A stretch of DNA of 64,000 nucleotides from Camelus dromedarius (GCF_036321535.1 NC_087436.1:90274001-90338000); one strand, 5' to 3'; counted from the first letter of the stretch, positions 37,875 through 51,750 are shown. Translations and numbers: made by a program. The notes: a model not told the origin generated them from the letters alone.

Positions 37875-38049
37875 GTGTGTAGGACCAGGCATTCAACTTC
37901 ACCTCTGAAATACTAGCACAATTCTCTAAAAAGGCTTAGATCACCCTGACACTTTAATTTCCATTGTGGTTGTCTATCACATGTCTACAACAGACACATA
38001 TTGGTTAAAAGCAAAAACTAAGAATCAGATGATTCCAAAATTAAGTGTG

Positions 38050-38440
38050 TAAGCTATTATTTCAGAGTGCCCACTATGTGTCAGAAATTTGATAAAGATA
38101 AATAAAAACATGAAAAAGTCTGTTATTATGCAATTTCATTCTAATGGAATATAATTTTAAAAACATAAACAAGCAATGCCAATGCCAGTTACCAGTAAAT
38201 GCTATGATGGAAATAAAATCGGACAAAATGAAAGAGTACATTTGACTGGTGGACCACTCTCTTCAGGGAAGGTCTTTTTGAAGAGGTGATATCTAAGCTG
38301 AGATGAGAATTATAAGAAACTAGTCATTTAGAAGCTTGATAAAAAGCTCATAACAGGCAGACAGAAGAGCTAGTACAAATACCTTTGATCAAAACAACTG
38401 TGGTCTATTTGAGAAAAAGAAAAAATTTACCTATTGTGTG
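38050..38440 (-). mobile_element. L2 fragment
   Basis: GAGTGCCCACTATGTGTCAG...TAAATGCTATGATGGAAATAAA...CAGGGAAGGTCT...GAGGTGATATCTAAGCTGAGA. Confidence 0.7.
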
Positions 38441-38630
38441 ACACTAGTAAGGTTCTGAATCTCTTTCTGTGTCTTAGTTTCATCATCTGTATAATGGGTA
38501 TACTGATACTGCCTATCTTATAAGATTGTTAGATTGTTTTGCAAAGCATAATAAGCTATGTAAATAAGTTAACATTTGTAAAGTATTTAGAGACATGCAA
38601 GAACATAGTAAGTGGTAATTGGTTGCTATT
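38440..38630 (+). mobile_element. MIR SINE
   Basis: CTGTGTCTTAGTTTCATCATCTGTATAATGGG...TGTAAAGTATTTAGA...CATAGTAAGTG. Confidence 0.75.
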
Positions 38631-38692
38631 AAAAATCTATATTAGATGAATTGGTATAAATTGATGGTAGATAAAATGATATAGGTGGAAAA

Positions 38693-39191
38693 TCTATACT
38701 AATTTTCAATGCTGCTCTAATAAATTATCATATAGACTTAACTAGCTTAAAATAGTATAAATTTATCATCGTACAGATATGAAGGATAGAAATCCAAAAT
38801 GGATCTTACACAGCTGAAATCAAGGTGTCTGTAGAACTGAGTTCCTCCTGAAAACTCTGGGACATAATTCCTTTCCTTGCCCTTTTCCCCTCTTAAGGCC
38901 ATTTGCATTTTATAGCTTATGGCTGAATCATTCTGAAATCATTGTTACACCTTCTTCTCTAACTCTGACTACTCTGCTTTCCTTTTATAAGAACCATTGG
39001 GATTATATCAGCTTGAACTGGATAATCCAGAATAATCTGTTCATTTCAAGTTCATCAAGTTAATCACACTTACCAAGTTCCTTTTGCTATAGAAGATTCT
39101 GATGATTAGGACATGATCTTGAGATCACATATTCACAGGTTCTGGAAATTAGGGCATGAGCATCTCTGGGGCCATTATTCTGCCTACTACA
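38693..39191 (-). mobile_element. MaLR solo LTR, MLT1D-like
   Basis: Ends CATATTCACAGGTTCTGG...GGGGCCATTATTCTGCCTACTACA, the reverse complement of the MLT1D start; CTGGATAATCCAGAATAATCT. Confidence 0.85.
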
Positions 39192-39621
39192 AATTATCCA
39201 TATATTTCTGTATCTATCTATATCTACATTATTATAATACATACACTATACATATATCACATATATCTCCTTACGTGTACACACACCAAAAATATACATA
39301 TGTAAGTTGTATAAATAGATAAAAAATAAATTATAAAGAGGTAGATATGGATTATATAACAGAAATTATTTATCAAGAAAAATTAAACATTATCAATACG
39401 ATGATAGAAAAAGTAAATTTATGTTGGCTAAAATCAGCCAGGAGACGAGACCCTGCCCATAATTTCCTATAGTTCATTTCTAAAACTTGAGTTACGTTAT
39501 GTATTGAAAGATGTTTTGAAAAATATTTCAGTGATAAAAAAACTAGCTTGAGAAATGCTAAATTTAAAAAAGGTAAATACTTTTTTTTCACTATATGGAA
39601 TGTCTCCAACTCTTTCAACTA

Positions 39622-42060
39622 TATTTATTCAACAAATATCTATCAAATAAATATTATATGTTAGACAATGTTTTAGATACTAAGGATGCAAACTTTTTTA
39701 AGTCAATAAAAGATGCCTGGATGTGTAGAGCTTAAATCCATATTAAGAGGTAGCTAATAATAAATAAGCAAGTACAAAGTGCAGATATAGTAGAGATTCA
39801 TAAATGCTGTGAAGAGTGCTACAAAATCAAAAAAGGGCATAGAGAATGCCAGGTAAAGGAGACATTACCAATTTAATTGTGTAGTCAGAGAAATCACCAC
39901 TAGGAGGTAACTTGAAGTAAATGAAGAGACCAGAACATCTTGGGGACTAGGGAACTACATGGTCCCTAGCAAACCAGGACAACTGATCACCCCAGGTGGA
40001 GAAAGAGTCAAGATCATATATGCCACTGTAAGGACTTTGGCTTTTACCGTGAATGAGGTGGGAAATCACTGTAAGATTTTCCATAGAGGACTGGCATGGC
40101 TGGGCTTATGACTTAAAAGGATCATATTATCTGACTTAAAAAAAATAGATACTAAGGCCAAAGGTAGAAGAAAATAGACAATTTAGGATTATGCCATAAT
40201 CGAGGCATGGGATGAAGTTGTGAGAAGTCATCTTTTGAAGGGAAGGCCAATAGGACATGCTGACAGTTGGCTGTCAACTGGAAAGAGTTGTTATTTACTG
40301 AGATGCAAGTCAAAGGGAAAAGCAGTTTTTCATTTTGGACATGTTGTACTTAAAATGAATACTAAATATCTTAGTCCATGTAGTAAGTAGTTAAATATTT
40401 GAGTCTGGGACTCAGTCTAAATCTGGATATTGTCAATATATGGATAGTATTTAAAAAGCTTTTGTCTGGATGATATTATTATATGTGATAAGTAAGTGTA
40501 CATAGATATATGGAGAAATCCCAGTACTCAGACCTAGGGCATTCCAACTGTTAGAGGTCAGCAACCAGGACCTGAAACTGAGAACAGTAGGTAAAAGTAG
40601 AACCAGTAGAGTGTGGTAGGTACACTGGAAGCCAATGGAAAAAAAAAAGTGCCATCAAGAAGAGTAAACTGCCAACTGCAATTGTTAAGCTTGACCAAAT
40701 AAGGTAAGTACTTTGCATTTACCACTGTATTTACCAGCTTGTTCATTTTTATTTTTGAGGAAAGCTTTTTTGCAAAGTGATAAGATTCAGAAGAGAGGCA
40801 AGAAAGGATCTGGCATGTGGCCACGGATAACCTCTGAATGAATTTTGCTATGGAGGGAAACAGAAATAAGGCAGTAGCTAGATGGGGATATGGAATAAAG
40901 AGAGGTTTTTGTTTTTGAATTAAAGAACTTTCAGAATGCCTTTATGCTGATGGGAATAATTAAGCAGATACTGAAAATTTGATTATGAGAATCAGGGGAG
41001 AATTGCAAGAGCTATCACTCTAACTAGGAATGGGGAATCGACCTCTAGTACCTAATTAGAGAGGCTAGCTGATAAAAGGGATAATGTTTCATCCACAGTA
41101 GTAGGAATAAAGGCAGAATCTATGGGCACTGATGCAAACAGGTAAGTTGAGTTTCTCTTGTAGATTACATTCTAATTACATATATAAACTTTAAAGCAAA
41201 AGAAAGAAAGACCATCATCTGACTACACCAATAAGAAAGAGTAGAAAAATCCCAAGAGAAAAGAGTAAAGAATATGACTAGTTGGAAAAAGTAGGAACTA
41301 TTCAAAGTTTATCATCCTGATTCTAAAATGACACCAGTCAGTATGACTGTGAAATTTTCTCAGCTGTAGTGTGGGCTCAGGAACAAATAGAGTAGGATAT
41401 GAGTAAGAGTTGGGTTTTTCCAGATTATCTCCATCAAGCAAGAGAACAAGAGTATTCTAGTCATCTTCATGAACCAAGGAATCTTAACTTTATAAGTAGG
41501 TGCCTATGATGCAGGGACAGGAGAAGGAGATAACTTGATACCTTCAGCATATTATAAGTCTCAAAGGGGGTTATATATTGTAAAACTTAATGTACAAGGA
41601 AAGTGAAGTGGAATGTCAGGGGTCTGGGGCAGGGAATGGGATATTTGAAATTTTGCTTATGGAGAGGTTGCACCAACTAGTAATAACCAAGACTAAAGAA
41701 TGACCATGTGTGGTTGAAGTCAGGGAGAAAAAAGTATCATCGGAACAAGGCACTGAGAGGCCAGGGTGTTGGAACCATCATCTTTCTGGATGCTGAATTC
41801 ATAAAAATGGTCCCAGTAACCTCTGAATGGCTCAAAAAGTAGGCACCGGAGGCAGTATGTATACTGTTGATGAAATCCAATCTGTATTTTTATAGAGAAG
41901 GGAGAAAGAATGACTTGGGAGCAAGACTGAAGAGTAAGGAGGATGTTGACCCTAACTAAGTACAGGTCCAGTGGTACGAAGGGTATGGGAAAGGAAAAAA
42001 AGAAGGGAAAAAAACCAAACAAACTATGTTTTTGGATGGTTACATGACAACCACCAGCCT
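39622..42060 (-). mobile_element. Long L2 remnant (3' end plus ORF2 region)
   Basis: TATTTATTCAACAAATATCTAT start; GCCACTGTAAGGACTTTGGCTTTTAC, TTTTGGACATGTTG, GGGCATTCCAAC, TTTATGCTGATGGGAAT; purine-rich on the plus strand throughout. Confidence 0.75.
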
Positions 42061-42204
42061 CAGGGGATTGCTAAATTTTAATATAATAATGATCAATGTT
42101 AATCTTTAAGAGGTGGTTCGGTAGTTAATATTTTAAATAAGATCTTTTAACTCCATTAATTTTGTGCCACTCATGGAAATAATGCCACACACAATAAACT
42201 CAAA

Positions 42205-42330
42205 GCAGCCTAACATAATGATAAGATTTTGGTTCTGGAGGAAGAACAGGCTAAGTATGATTTTCATTATTTCACATGACAAATGTGTGACCTTGAGCAA
42301 ATTGCTAATGCCATTTTGATATTGTGCTTT
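42205..42330 (+). mobile_element. MIR fragment
   Basis: GGTTCTGGAG...TGTGTGACCTTGAGCAAATTGCT. Confidence 0.55.
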
Positions 42331-43239
42331 GGAGAATGAGGCTTTAGTCTGAAGTTTTAAAGGTGCATCTATATATCTCTCCAGTCCAAGTTCTTTTTAT
42401 AGCTCCTTAGTCACCTTGATACGTGGGAGACCTAAAAGTGGAGCTCCTTAGTTGGGAGACGGAAGGGGAGGACTAAAGTATCTTATAAAAATAACTTTCA
42501 AATGCTAAAGCAATCACATACCCTAACAACGTCAGTGAGACCTGGTGCTTCTGAGGACATTCTTTTATAGGGACAGAACTGAATATTTTGAGAACACAAA
42601 GACTCTGCATCCCCTGGTGAGATTATTTCAGAATACTTAACACATTTGATAAGAAAATCCTCATAATCAAAGGTTGTGTGAGATAAGCTGCAGCAGTGAC
42701 TTCAAATCTCTTCTTCCCAGCAGTGCTAGGGGTCAAAACCAAGGGCCACTGTACACATGAGCAAAATACCAAATGCAGAAAAGGAACAAAACCATTAACT
42801 GGAGAAAATTCTTGATTGAGACAAGAGAAAATTAGAACTTGAGGAAGATGGAGACACTGAGGTATAATTCCAATTTTGTTTTTCTGCTTAGTTTATTTAT
42901 TCTTTCCTCTTTTCATGGCTTATTCTCTGCTGTTCATTAATAATATCTTCGGGCTTATCTAGTTTTGTGATCTATCTCAAATTGTTTTAAGGTAGAACAA
43001 TCAAATTAATAAATATCATATATTATATCCAATCCTGGTTGAAAAAGAAAAGTTACAGTGTTATAAGTACAATGCACTTAAAAGAGTAAGAGTATGAAAT
43101 AATTTCTTGGTTTTTCTGAGGTATATTTTTACGTTTGTTTGCTTTTATTTGATATGGATTATGGCCATTCAAAATATACCCAGTGTGCCTGTAAAAGTAT
43201 ATGCCTGAGTCCATAAGCCAAAGGAAGAAATGTCTTCTT

Positions 43240-43940
43240 TATTCTCCTTGTTTCTCTAAATTTTTGTAGACAATTACACTTTTCCTTTTTCCTGGAATAT
43301 TATCATTATATTTCTATTCTCACCTACATTTCAGTGCCACCAACCATTTAATTACCTAAGTCAGGAACTGGGTGTCATAACTTATTTTGAAATAGTTTAA
43401 CAGAGGTAAAAATAATCCATGACTACTACTGATTTTTCTTCTTTCAAAGGTTTCTACCTCTCTCCAATCTTACTCTAACTCTTTATATTTTTATGCTTTA
43501 TATCAAACTTTCACCTGGATCATTAAAAGTGCCCTCTAGCTGTTTTTCTTGTCTCCAGTCTTATTTTCTGACTTCTAACAGCAATCCTGCTCATTGTGTT
43601 ATAAAATACAAATTAATACTTTGTTTAAAGCATGCTCACTGTTTTTAAAATAAGTTATACAAGATGATGTGTGATTGGTCTTTATTGCATTTTACACCTT
43701 TTTTACCTAATAATGTTGTATTTTTCCTCAGTGGCTTCACATATCTTATTTCTGGATTCCTGTGTACTAGCACATCTCACCAGCCTAATTTACCCTTCAC
43801 ATCTCAGCTTGGCATCATTTTCTCCAGAAAGCTTTCTTTCTTTGAGTAAATAAGTTAGAAGAAATATCTTCTCTGGTACATTACACCTTGAGCAAAGCAA
43901 AATAAAATTATCAGTCTATCTCTACCACAGAAATCTTAAA
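43240..43940 (+). mobile_element. L2 fragment
   Basis: GCCACCAACCATTTAATTACCTAAGTCAGGAAC...TCACCTGGAT...TCTCAGCTTGGCATCATTTTCTCCAGAAAGC. Confidence 0.6.
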
Positions 43941-45014
43941 CTCCAATTCTGTTATAGAAAGTTTTCAAGCAGAAAAAAGAAACTAGGTAACATAGGAAGC
44001 AATTGGTATATACCGGATCTAAATCATAAAGCTGCAGATGGACTGAGGGAATGTGGATGGAGTACTGACATACGTTATGGAGATTTTATTTTAAATAATG
44101 ACTTTTGCATAAAAGTGACATCAACTGCAGACTTACCATCACAATAACTTGCAGCAACTACAAAGTGTTCAATGAGTTGTGTCAATTTATATTTATAAGC
44201 ATCTCATTTTATTTATTAATATGTCATTAAAATATACAATGTTTGAAATGTTAACTCTTTCTCTGGGTGAATGTGGAAATAGTCCTCTAATGCTATTTCA
44301 AATTACTTTATCAAATTTCAGCAAAATATGGTTTCCTTTCCCCTTTTCTGTTCTTTTAAAATGACAGTGATCAAAACATATACTTTTAAGATAGTTTTTA
44401 ATTCTATTTTTTGTTTGAGTTAATAATAGAAAACATTTGAAGCATACCTAAAATTAAGGAATTCAATTGGTTGCTGATTATTGTTACTCTTAAAGTAATT
44501 GATTGTGGAGACTCCATTTCTGAAAAGAGGGCACCTAATCAGGATATTTTACTATTAGTCCCTGATTTCTACTTTTCTTCATAAGCTTGCTAATATTTTT
44601 TGTTGTGAAAATCAGCTTCTTAATACTTTCATTTTAAATAATTCCAAAATGAATACTTAATGTTTTAAATAACTAGGATGTGCTTTGTTCATTGACATAT
44701 CTATTGAAATATTTTTTTTAAATGGAAGCTTTTTCCTTTCTTTCTTTTTCCCTTACCTCAACCTATCTCCAGAAAATCAGATAGAAAATGAGGGGTTTTT
44801 TTCTAATAAGGAAACAATAAAAAACATTACTGTTGTGTAACTTAAGTAGGTTTTCAATATCAATTAGTATTGTGTTCCTGTCCTTTAAGCCTCAAAAATC
44901 TGAACAGAGTAAGTTGGCTGATAATAACAAAAATTTTTTTAATTAAAAAAAAAGAACACATGGAAGATTTGGTAAATGGGGTTAAACAAATTCAAGCCAC
45001 AATTTTGTAGCCAG

Positions 45015-46370
45015 TCACCCATTCATGAATCCACTTTAAAAATATGTATTTTACACTTAATTTATCTAGCAAATGGGACTAGCATGAGCCACTAGAATAA
45101 TTAAAGAAACAGAAAGTCTCTGCCTCTAACTAAATTATACTCTAGTGAGAATGAGATTCATTAACCAAATATTAATGTGAATAAAAATCATATTTAAAAA
45201 CTGTATTAAATGTTTTGTAGAGTGCATAAATGCAAATATTAGAAAGACTTGACCTAGTGAAGGCAATTAGCAAAAATCTCCCTGAAGAAATGATATTTAA
45301 CCTAAGACCTAAAAGAGAAGGGGGGGAAAATTTTAAAAATGATAGAACATTTAAGAAGATGGAAAATATGTATTCTGTTGGAGACTAAAAGAAAGCCCAA
45401 TATAGGTGGAACATAGGAAGTGAGGACAGTGAGTAAATATGAGCTGGGTCATGGACATTCTTTTAAGTCATGTTGAAAACTTTTTTTTTTAATTTTCTGA
45501 GAACAATAGTAAACTATGATCTGATATTTACTGCATTTGTTGCTCAGGATTATTTCTTAACAACTCTGGCAATGGGCCCAGTTTTTATCTATGAATCCCC
45601 TTTATCAATTCACAAGGCTCTGCTGACTTCATTCTCTTGAACTAGGCATGAGATATCCTCTTGGCAAATCAATCATACCCATCAAAGCTCCACCTTTCAC
45701 TTCCACCCTTAGAAAGCAGATTTTTTTTTCCATTTATTCTGATTTGAACACACAGAAATATAAGTTTGAGCTGCCATAGCAATCTTGCACATGTAAATAT
45801 GAGGATGAAGCTTACAGGAAGAGAAAAAAAAAGAGCAAAAAGTTGGAGAATAGCTAGGTCCTGTTGGCACTGTTATATCTCTGCTCAGCTGTGATTTTAA
45901 TTTTTAAATTAACCAAAATTTATTTTAACTGGTGTTATTTTGTTTATATTTTTCATTTGTAAAGAGATCTGATGCAATAATGTATTATAAGATTTCAATC
46001 AGGAGAATAGACTAATCAAATTGTATTTTTAATTTTTATTTTTAATTAAAACCTAGATACAATTTCACTAATATATTAGAGAAAGACAAAACTACATATA
46101 GGGATAATCTTGATAGTGGTACAGGTAAGATATACTGCACAAATAAACTAGGGAGATGGACAATACCAATATGTTTAGGAAGTAAAATACGTAGGACACT
46201 GAAATATATTGGTCAAGGACCAAGACAAAGATGAATAACTCTTAATCTTCAGGTCTACGCAGATGCATGGATAGTTACCATTTAATAATTGTGAACCAAT
46301 AGACAAAGTACATGGGATAGAGTTTTAGATGTGTCGAATATGCCCCTGATATACTAAGAGGAGTTGCTGG
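45015..46370 (-). mobile_element. L2 fragments, interrupted by a probable old MLT1K/L LTR (plus strand, about 45620-45980)
   Basis: CTCCCTGAAGAAATGATATTTAACCTAAGACCT (L2); GAGCTGCCATAGCAATCTTG...GAGGATGAAGC (MLT1K/L-like); GAGTTTTAGATGTG (L2). Confidence 0.5.
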
Positions 46371-46379
46371 GAAAACTTC

Positions 46380-46545
46380 ATATTTCATATATAATTATAT
46401 AAAAATAAAACATGTATAATAAATTATATGTATATAACATATAATAATTAAATATAACATTATATGTGTATACAGTGTATACATACATATGTGTATATAT
46501 ATTACATATGCATATATATGTAATACATACAAATATATATATTTT
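46380..46545. repeat. AT-rich (TA)n-like low-complexity tract
   Basis: Degenerate TA/CA/TG dinucleotide runs. Confidence 0.8.
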
Positions 46546-46940
46546 GAAGCCACTGAAATATAAACAAACTATAGTGAGAGGGGTACTAAAAAAAAATCAA
46601 GACAATGATCTCAAACTTAAAAAGCTAGTTTCCAAGATAGATAGTCTTTAAAAGAATCATAATACTTAAAAATATATAATAGATTGCTGACATTTTGGAT
46701 TAAGGAGAATGTGCTATAAAACTCAGAGATGATTACTGAACATTACTGTGCTTCATTGAAAGTTATCCAAAACTTAGTTTGCTTCTCTGCACTGTATTGA
46801 ATCTTTTGATAACATAATATGAATTATTTCAGAAAAACAAAAGCAGAGTTAGTCAAAGGATTTATACACTCTTTATTTGCTATCATTGTAGTCACCTGAC
46901 AAATTTCAGATTGACCCACTCCTCCAAAATGTGTTTCAAA

Positions 46941-47292
46941 TGTTGAGACTAAAGATGCTGCACACACACACACAGAGTATGAAAGGTTTGTTAACACGTA
47001 TGAGGATTTCTGGGAGAGCAGAGCAGGCTTCCCAAGCAGGTCTGAAAAGGACTTGGGGGATCAAAAGGAGAGTGATTTGGGTTTTTTAATGGTATATGGT
47101 GAGTGGGGCATGATGAGAGTTCCTGCATGGACCTAGACTCACAAGATACGAATTTCCTGTCATTAAAAGGAGAGACAACTTGTACTTTCCTATCAGCTTG
47201 CCCAGAAGTGGGGGATACAGAAAAGAGGAAATTGGTGGCTTGAAAGCCGTCAGCAGTCAAACATCAAAAAATGAATCAGACTTTTCATTACA
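46941..47292 (-). mobile_element. ERV1-type solo LTR (MER89-like)
   Basis: TG...CA termini; minus-strand start TGTAATGAAAAGTCTGATTCATTTTTTGATGTTTGACTGCTGAC and CTGGGCAAGCTGATAGGAAAG. No TSD readable. Confidence 0.7.
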
Positions 47293-47501
47293 ACTACCAA
47301 ATACAATGACCACATTATTTTCTACACTACCTTGAGCTCTCTATTTAAAGGTTGGAAACATGAGTTCACACCATATTAGGTTTAAAAGTGGAATTGCTCA
47401 TTTAGTGATGAGAATCAATTTCAGAGAAAATGCTTGACAATTCTAAAAAGAGACCTTATTAGCAATTTTCAGGCACTGTTTTCACAAATGGGAATGAGGC
47501 A

Positions 47502-47669
47502 CTTAATGGACTGAAAGTCTGTGTCCTCCCAAAAGTTATATGTTAAAGCCTTCATCCCCAATATGATGATATTTAGAGATCAGACCTTTGGTATGTAAAT
47601 ATGTCATGAGAATGGAGCCCTAATGAATGAGATTCATGTTTTTCTAAGAAAAGACAGGAGAGAGAAGAT
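47502..47669 (+). mobile_element. MLT1A0-like LTR, 5' part only
   Basis: ATGGACTGAAAGTCTGTGTCCTCCCAAAAGTTATATGTT...CATGAGAATGGAGCCCTAATGAATG. Confidence 0.8.
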
Positions 47670-50405
47670 TAAAATCATACCAAGTCCTTTTTTTTAAAAC
47701 AATAGAATGATATTAGAAATCAAGAACAGTATAAACAAACAAACAAACAAACATTCACAAATAATACAAATGAAATAATACATTCTTATACAAGCATTAG
47801 GTAAAAGAAAATTTAAAAGAATTTAAAAAATATAATGAGACATATGAAAATAAAAACAATATACCAAAACTTATGGGATACTAAAAGAGAAGTTTTAGTA
47901 CTAAAAGTACTAAAAAAGAAGTTCACAAAAATAAATGCTTACATTAAAAAAAGAAAGATCTCATATAAACAAACTAACTTAATGTTTCAAGAACTAGAAA
48001 AAGAAGAATTGAGTAAGCCCAAATTAGCTGAAGAAAGGAAATAATAAAGGGTAGAGCATAAATAAGTGAAATAGAAATAAAAAACAATAGAAAAATTTTA
48101 ACAAAATTGGGTGGGTTTTTTTTTTTTTGAGAAGATAAACAAAATCAACAAATCTCTCATTAGACTACAAGAGAGAAAAGAGAGATGATTCAAATAAATA
48201 AAATCAGAAATGAAAGAGGAGGCATTACAACAAATGTCTCAGAAATGAAAAGAAGCATGAGGGTTATTATAATCAATTATATACTAACAAACTGGGTAAC
48301 TTCACAGAAATGGATAATTCCTAGAAACATACAACCTACCAAAACTGTACAAGAAGAAATAAAAAGTATGAACAGGCCAATAATAAGTAAGGATATTTAA
48401 TTATCAGTAATCAAAAACTTATCATAGAAAAGTCCAGGACCAGAGGGCTTCATGGGTGAATTCTACCAAACATTCAAACAAGAATTGACATCAACTCTTC
48501 TTAAATTCTTCCAAAAAACAAAAAAGGAGGGATCCTGCCAAACTTTTACAAGTTTTATAAGTCCAGCATCATCCTGACCAAGCCAAAAGCCCCAACAGAA
48601 AACTATAGACCAGTATCACTGATGAACATAAATGTAAAAATTCTCAATAAAATACTAGCACCCAAATTTCACAGCACACTAAAAGGATTATATACCCTGA
48701 CCACGCAGAATTTATCCCTGGGATACAGAAATAGTTCAACATATATAAATCAATCAATGTAGTATGCCGTATTAACAGAATAAAGAATAAGAATCATATG
48801 AATATCTCAAAAGATACAGCAAAAGTGTGAGACAGAATTCAACATCTTTTCATGACAAAAGCTTTCAACAAACTAGAAATAGAAAAAAAAAATTACGACC
48901 ACATATTAAAGGCCATATATGGGAAGTCCACAGCAAACATTATACTCAGTAGTGAAAAACTGAAAACTTTTCCTCTAAGACCAGGAACAAGAAAAGGGTC
49001 CTCTAGCCACTTTTATTCAACATAGTATTGGAAGTCATAGCCAATGCAATTAGGCAGAAAAAGAAATAAAAGGTATCCAAATTGGAAAGGATCAACTAAA
49101 GTTGTCCCTGTTTCCAGATGATGTTATATATAGAAAACCCTAAAGGCTCTATTAAAGAAAAATCCTTAGACCTAATAAATAAATTTCATAGAGTTGTAGA
49201 ATACACAACAAACATACAAAATCAACTGTGTTTCAATACACTAACAACTATCTCAAAAATTAATTAGGAAAGCAATCCCATTAAAAAATACTTAGGATAA
49301 ACTTAACTAAGGAGTGAAAGACTTTATACTGAAAACCTTAAAATATTGATGAAAAAAATTAAACACACAAGACAAATTAAAAAAAGATAGCCAATATTCA
49401 GGGATTAGAAGAATTAATATTGTTCAAATATTCATACTATCTAAAGCAATCTACAGATTCAGTGCAATCTCTATCAAAATCAAAATGGCATTTTTAATAG
49501 AAAAAGAATAAAATCTCTAAAATTCTTAATGAACTATAAAAGACCCTGAAGACCCAACCAATCCTGAGCAAGAAGAACAAAGTTGAAGGCATCACACTTC
49601 CTGATTTCAAACTTTATTACAAAGCAACAATAATCAAAATAGTAATCAAGACAGACATACAATCAATGGAACAAAATAGAAAGCCCAGAAATAAATTCAC
49701 ACATGTATGGTCAATTGATCTTCCACAAGGGACCCAAGAACACACAATAAAGAGTGGATAGTCTCTTCAATAACTAGTGTTGGAAACCTGCATATACACC
49801 TGCAGAATAAAACTGAATGCTTATCTCACACCATATACAAAAATTAATTCAAAATGGGTTTAAAGACTTAAATGTAAGACCTGGAACTATAAAACTACTA
49901 GAAGAAAACAGAGAAAAACCTCTTGACACTGATATTGGCAACATTTTTTTCAATCTGACACCAAAAGCACAGACAATGAAAGCAAATATAGACAAATGGT
50001 ATTGCATTAAACTAAAAAGTTTCTGCACAATAAAGGAAACAATCACAGAGTGAAAAAGCAATCTATGCAATGGGAGAAAATAGTTACAAATCAAATATTT
50101 GAGAAGAAATTAACATTCAAAATATATAACGGACTCATACAATTCAGCATAAATAAATACATAAATAAAAAACACTATTAAAAATGGGTAAAGGACCTGT
50201 ATAGACATTTCTCAAAAGAAAGCATACAAAGACCAACACACACATGAAAAGGTATTCAAGGTCACAAATTATCATGGAAATGCAAATCAAAACCACAATG
50301 AGGTATCACCTCAGACCTGTTAGAATGGCTATTATAAAAAAGACAAAAGATGACAAGTTTTAGCAAGGATGTGGAAAAAAGGGAACCCTTACACTCTTGG
50401 TGGAA
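47670..50405 (+). mobile_element. L1 ORF2 remnant (end of endonuclease, RT, start of C-terminal domain), truncated at both ends
   Basis: YQNLWD (ORF 47835); [19 protein letters not shown] at 48604-48660; LSLFPDD near 49101-49121 (decayed FADD); KDLNVRPGTIKLLEEN (ORF 49817). Many frameshifts; no 3'UTR or poly(A). Confidence 0.92.
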
Positions 50406-51509
50406 AGGCATTTTAAATAAGCAAGCTAAACCTGTTTTCATTCCTGGTAAATCAAAAATATTGACCCTATGGAAAAGGCATTTTTGTATGCACATAAATT
50501 GCTTCTTTGAAGGAAAGAAACATTAATTGGGCATGCTGAAAGAGGTTTAAAAAAGAAAACACAATTCATTACGTAAAATATTTCTATTTTGAATGTGCAC
50601 TTTGGACATAGCCCCTTTGCTTTAAAGTTCCACTTGTAGAGACTTAATAACGTGTGCTCTTTCTTCAAATACTTACCCATATGCATTGTTTACTTCCCAA
50701 GAAAAGCTCCTTACTCAATATTTAGTTATGACTTATTTAAAGTCCTTTGCAATCCTTTCAACGAGAATTCCTGTCACATTTTGTCAGGACAGGTTCTATC
50801 CTGGATTCCTATTTTTCTTACAGAATTTTCAGATGCTCAACATGACCTGTCAAGGGAAATCATTACAAACATTCTCTCCTCCACTGGTTTTTGGCAGTTT
50901 TCTGCCTTACAACATCTGGCACACACTATTATTTTTATTGAAATTAAATCACAGAAAATGTATCTAACAACTCCATGAATTAACAGTTTATCTCTGGATT
51001 ATTAAGTTGCCAGCAGTATATACCATAGGAAATCATTCTAAATTATGTATTGTAAACTAAAGGGAAGGAAGTGAAACTGTTTTTTAAATTATCTTTTTTT
51101 GAACTGCCAGCAGAAAACCAGATCTTGAAAAATAAAAAAAAACTGTTGACAACACAACCTTCAGGCATGATAAGAAGTAATCATTTTCTATAGTATATTT
51201 TCTAGCTGTTGTTATGTTAAAATAAATAAGCCATTTACAACCACTGATTTTTCTAAAATTATCTATTTTGTAGTAAGAGATGATTTCCTTTTATTTTTTC
51301 TTCAATGGAGTTGCTCTTACTGTTGTCAATCGTGCATTTTATTTTTACTGTCAAATGTTTTCTGAGTGAGTCTTGTGTACATGACACAAAACTATTTACA
51401 TAGAAATAATTGACACAAAATAAGGAGTTAGAGGACAAAACAAAATTTCTCCTAGTATCCATTTTTGGGAGATTTTTGTATATATATTTTGTAATATGGT
51501 CTTTCAGTC

Positions 51510-51750
51510 ACATAGCCCTGGAACTGAATAGTTATTCCACTTTTAATTATGGGATCTTAAAACACATAATCAATCATTTTAAACATCAGTTCTGTAATAC
51601 ATAAAATAGGGATAATGGTATTTGTCTTTTAGGGTTGTTGCAGGGGTTATGTAAATTTACACATAGGCACACCCCTACCTATACACACACTGTAAAAATG
51701 TGTTTTCCACACAAAAGATTCTACAATAAAGGGTATTACTTTTAATATTA
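51510..51750 (+). mobile_element. MIR SINE
   Basis: CATCAGTT...TAAAATAGGGATAATGGTA...TAGGGTTGTTGCAGGG...CAATAAAGGGTATTA. Confidence 0.6.

Noticed and set aside
42401..42461. Short direct repeats AGCTCCTTAGT x2 and GGGAGAC x2
   Set aside because: Only two copies, consistent with a small local duplication; no array or recognisable element.
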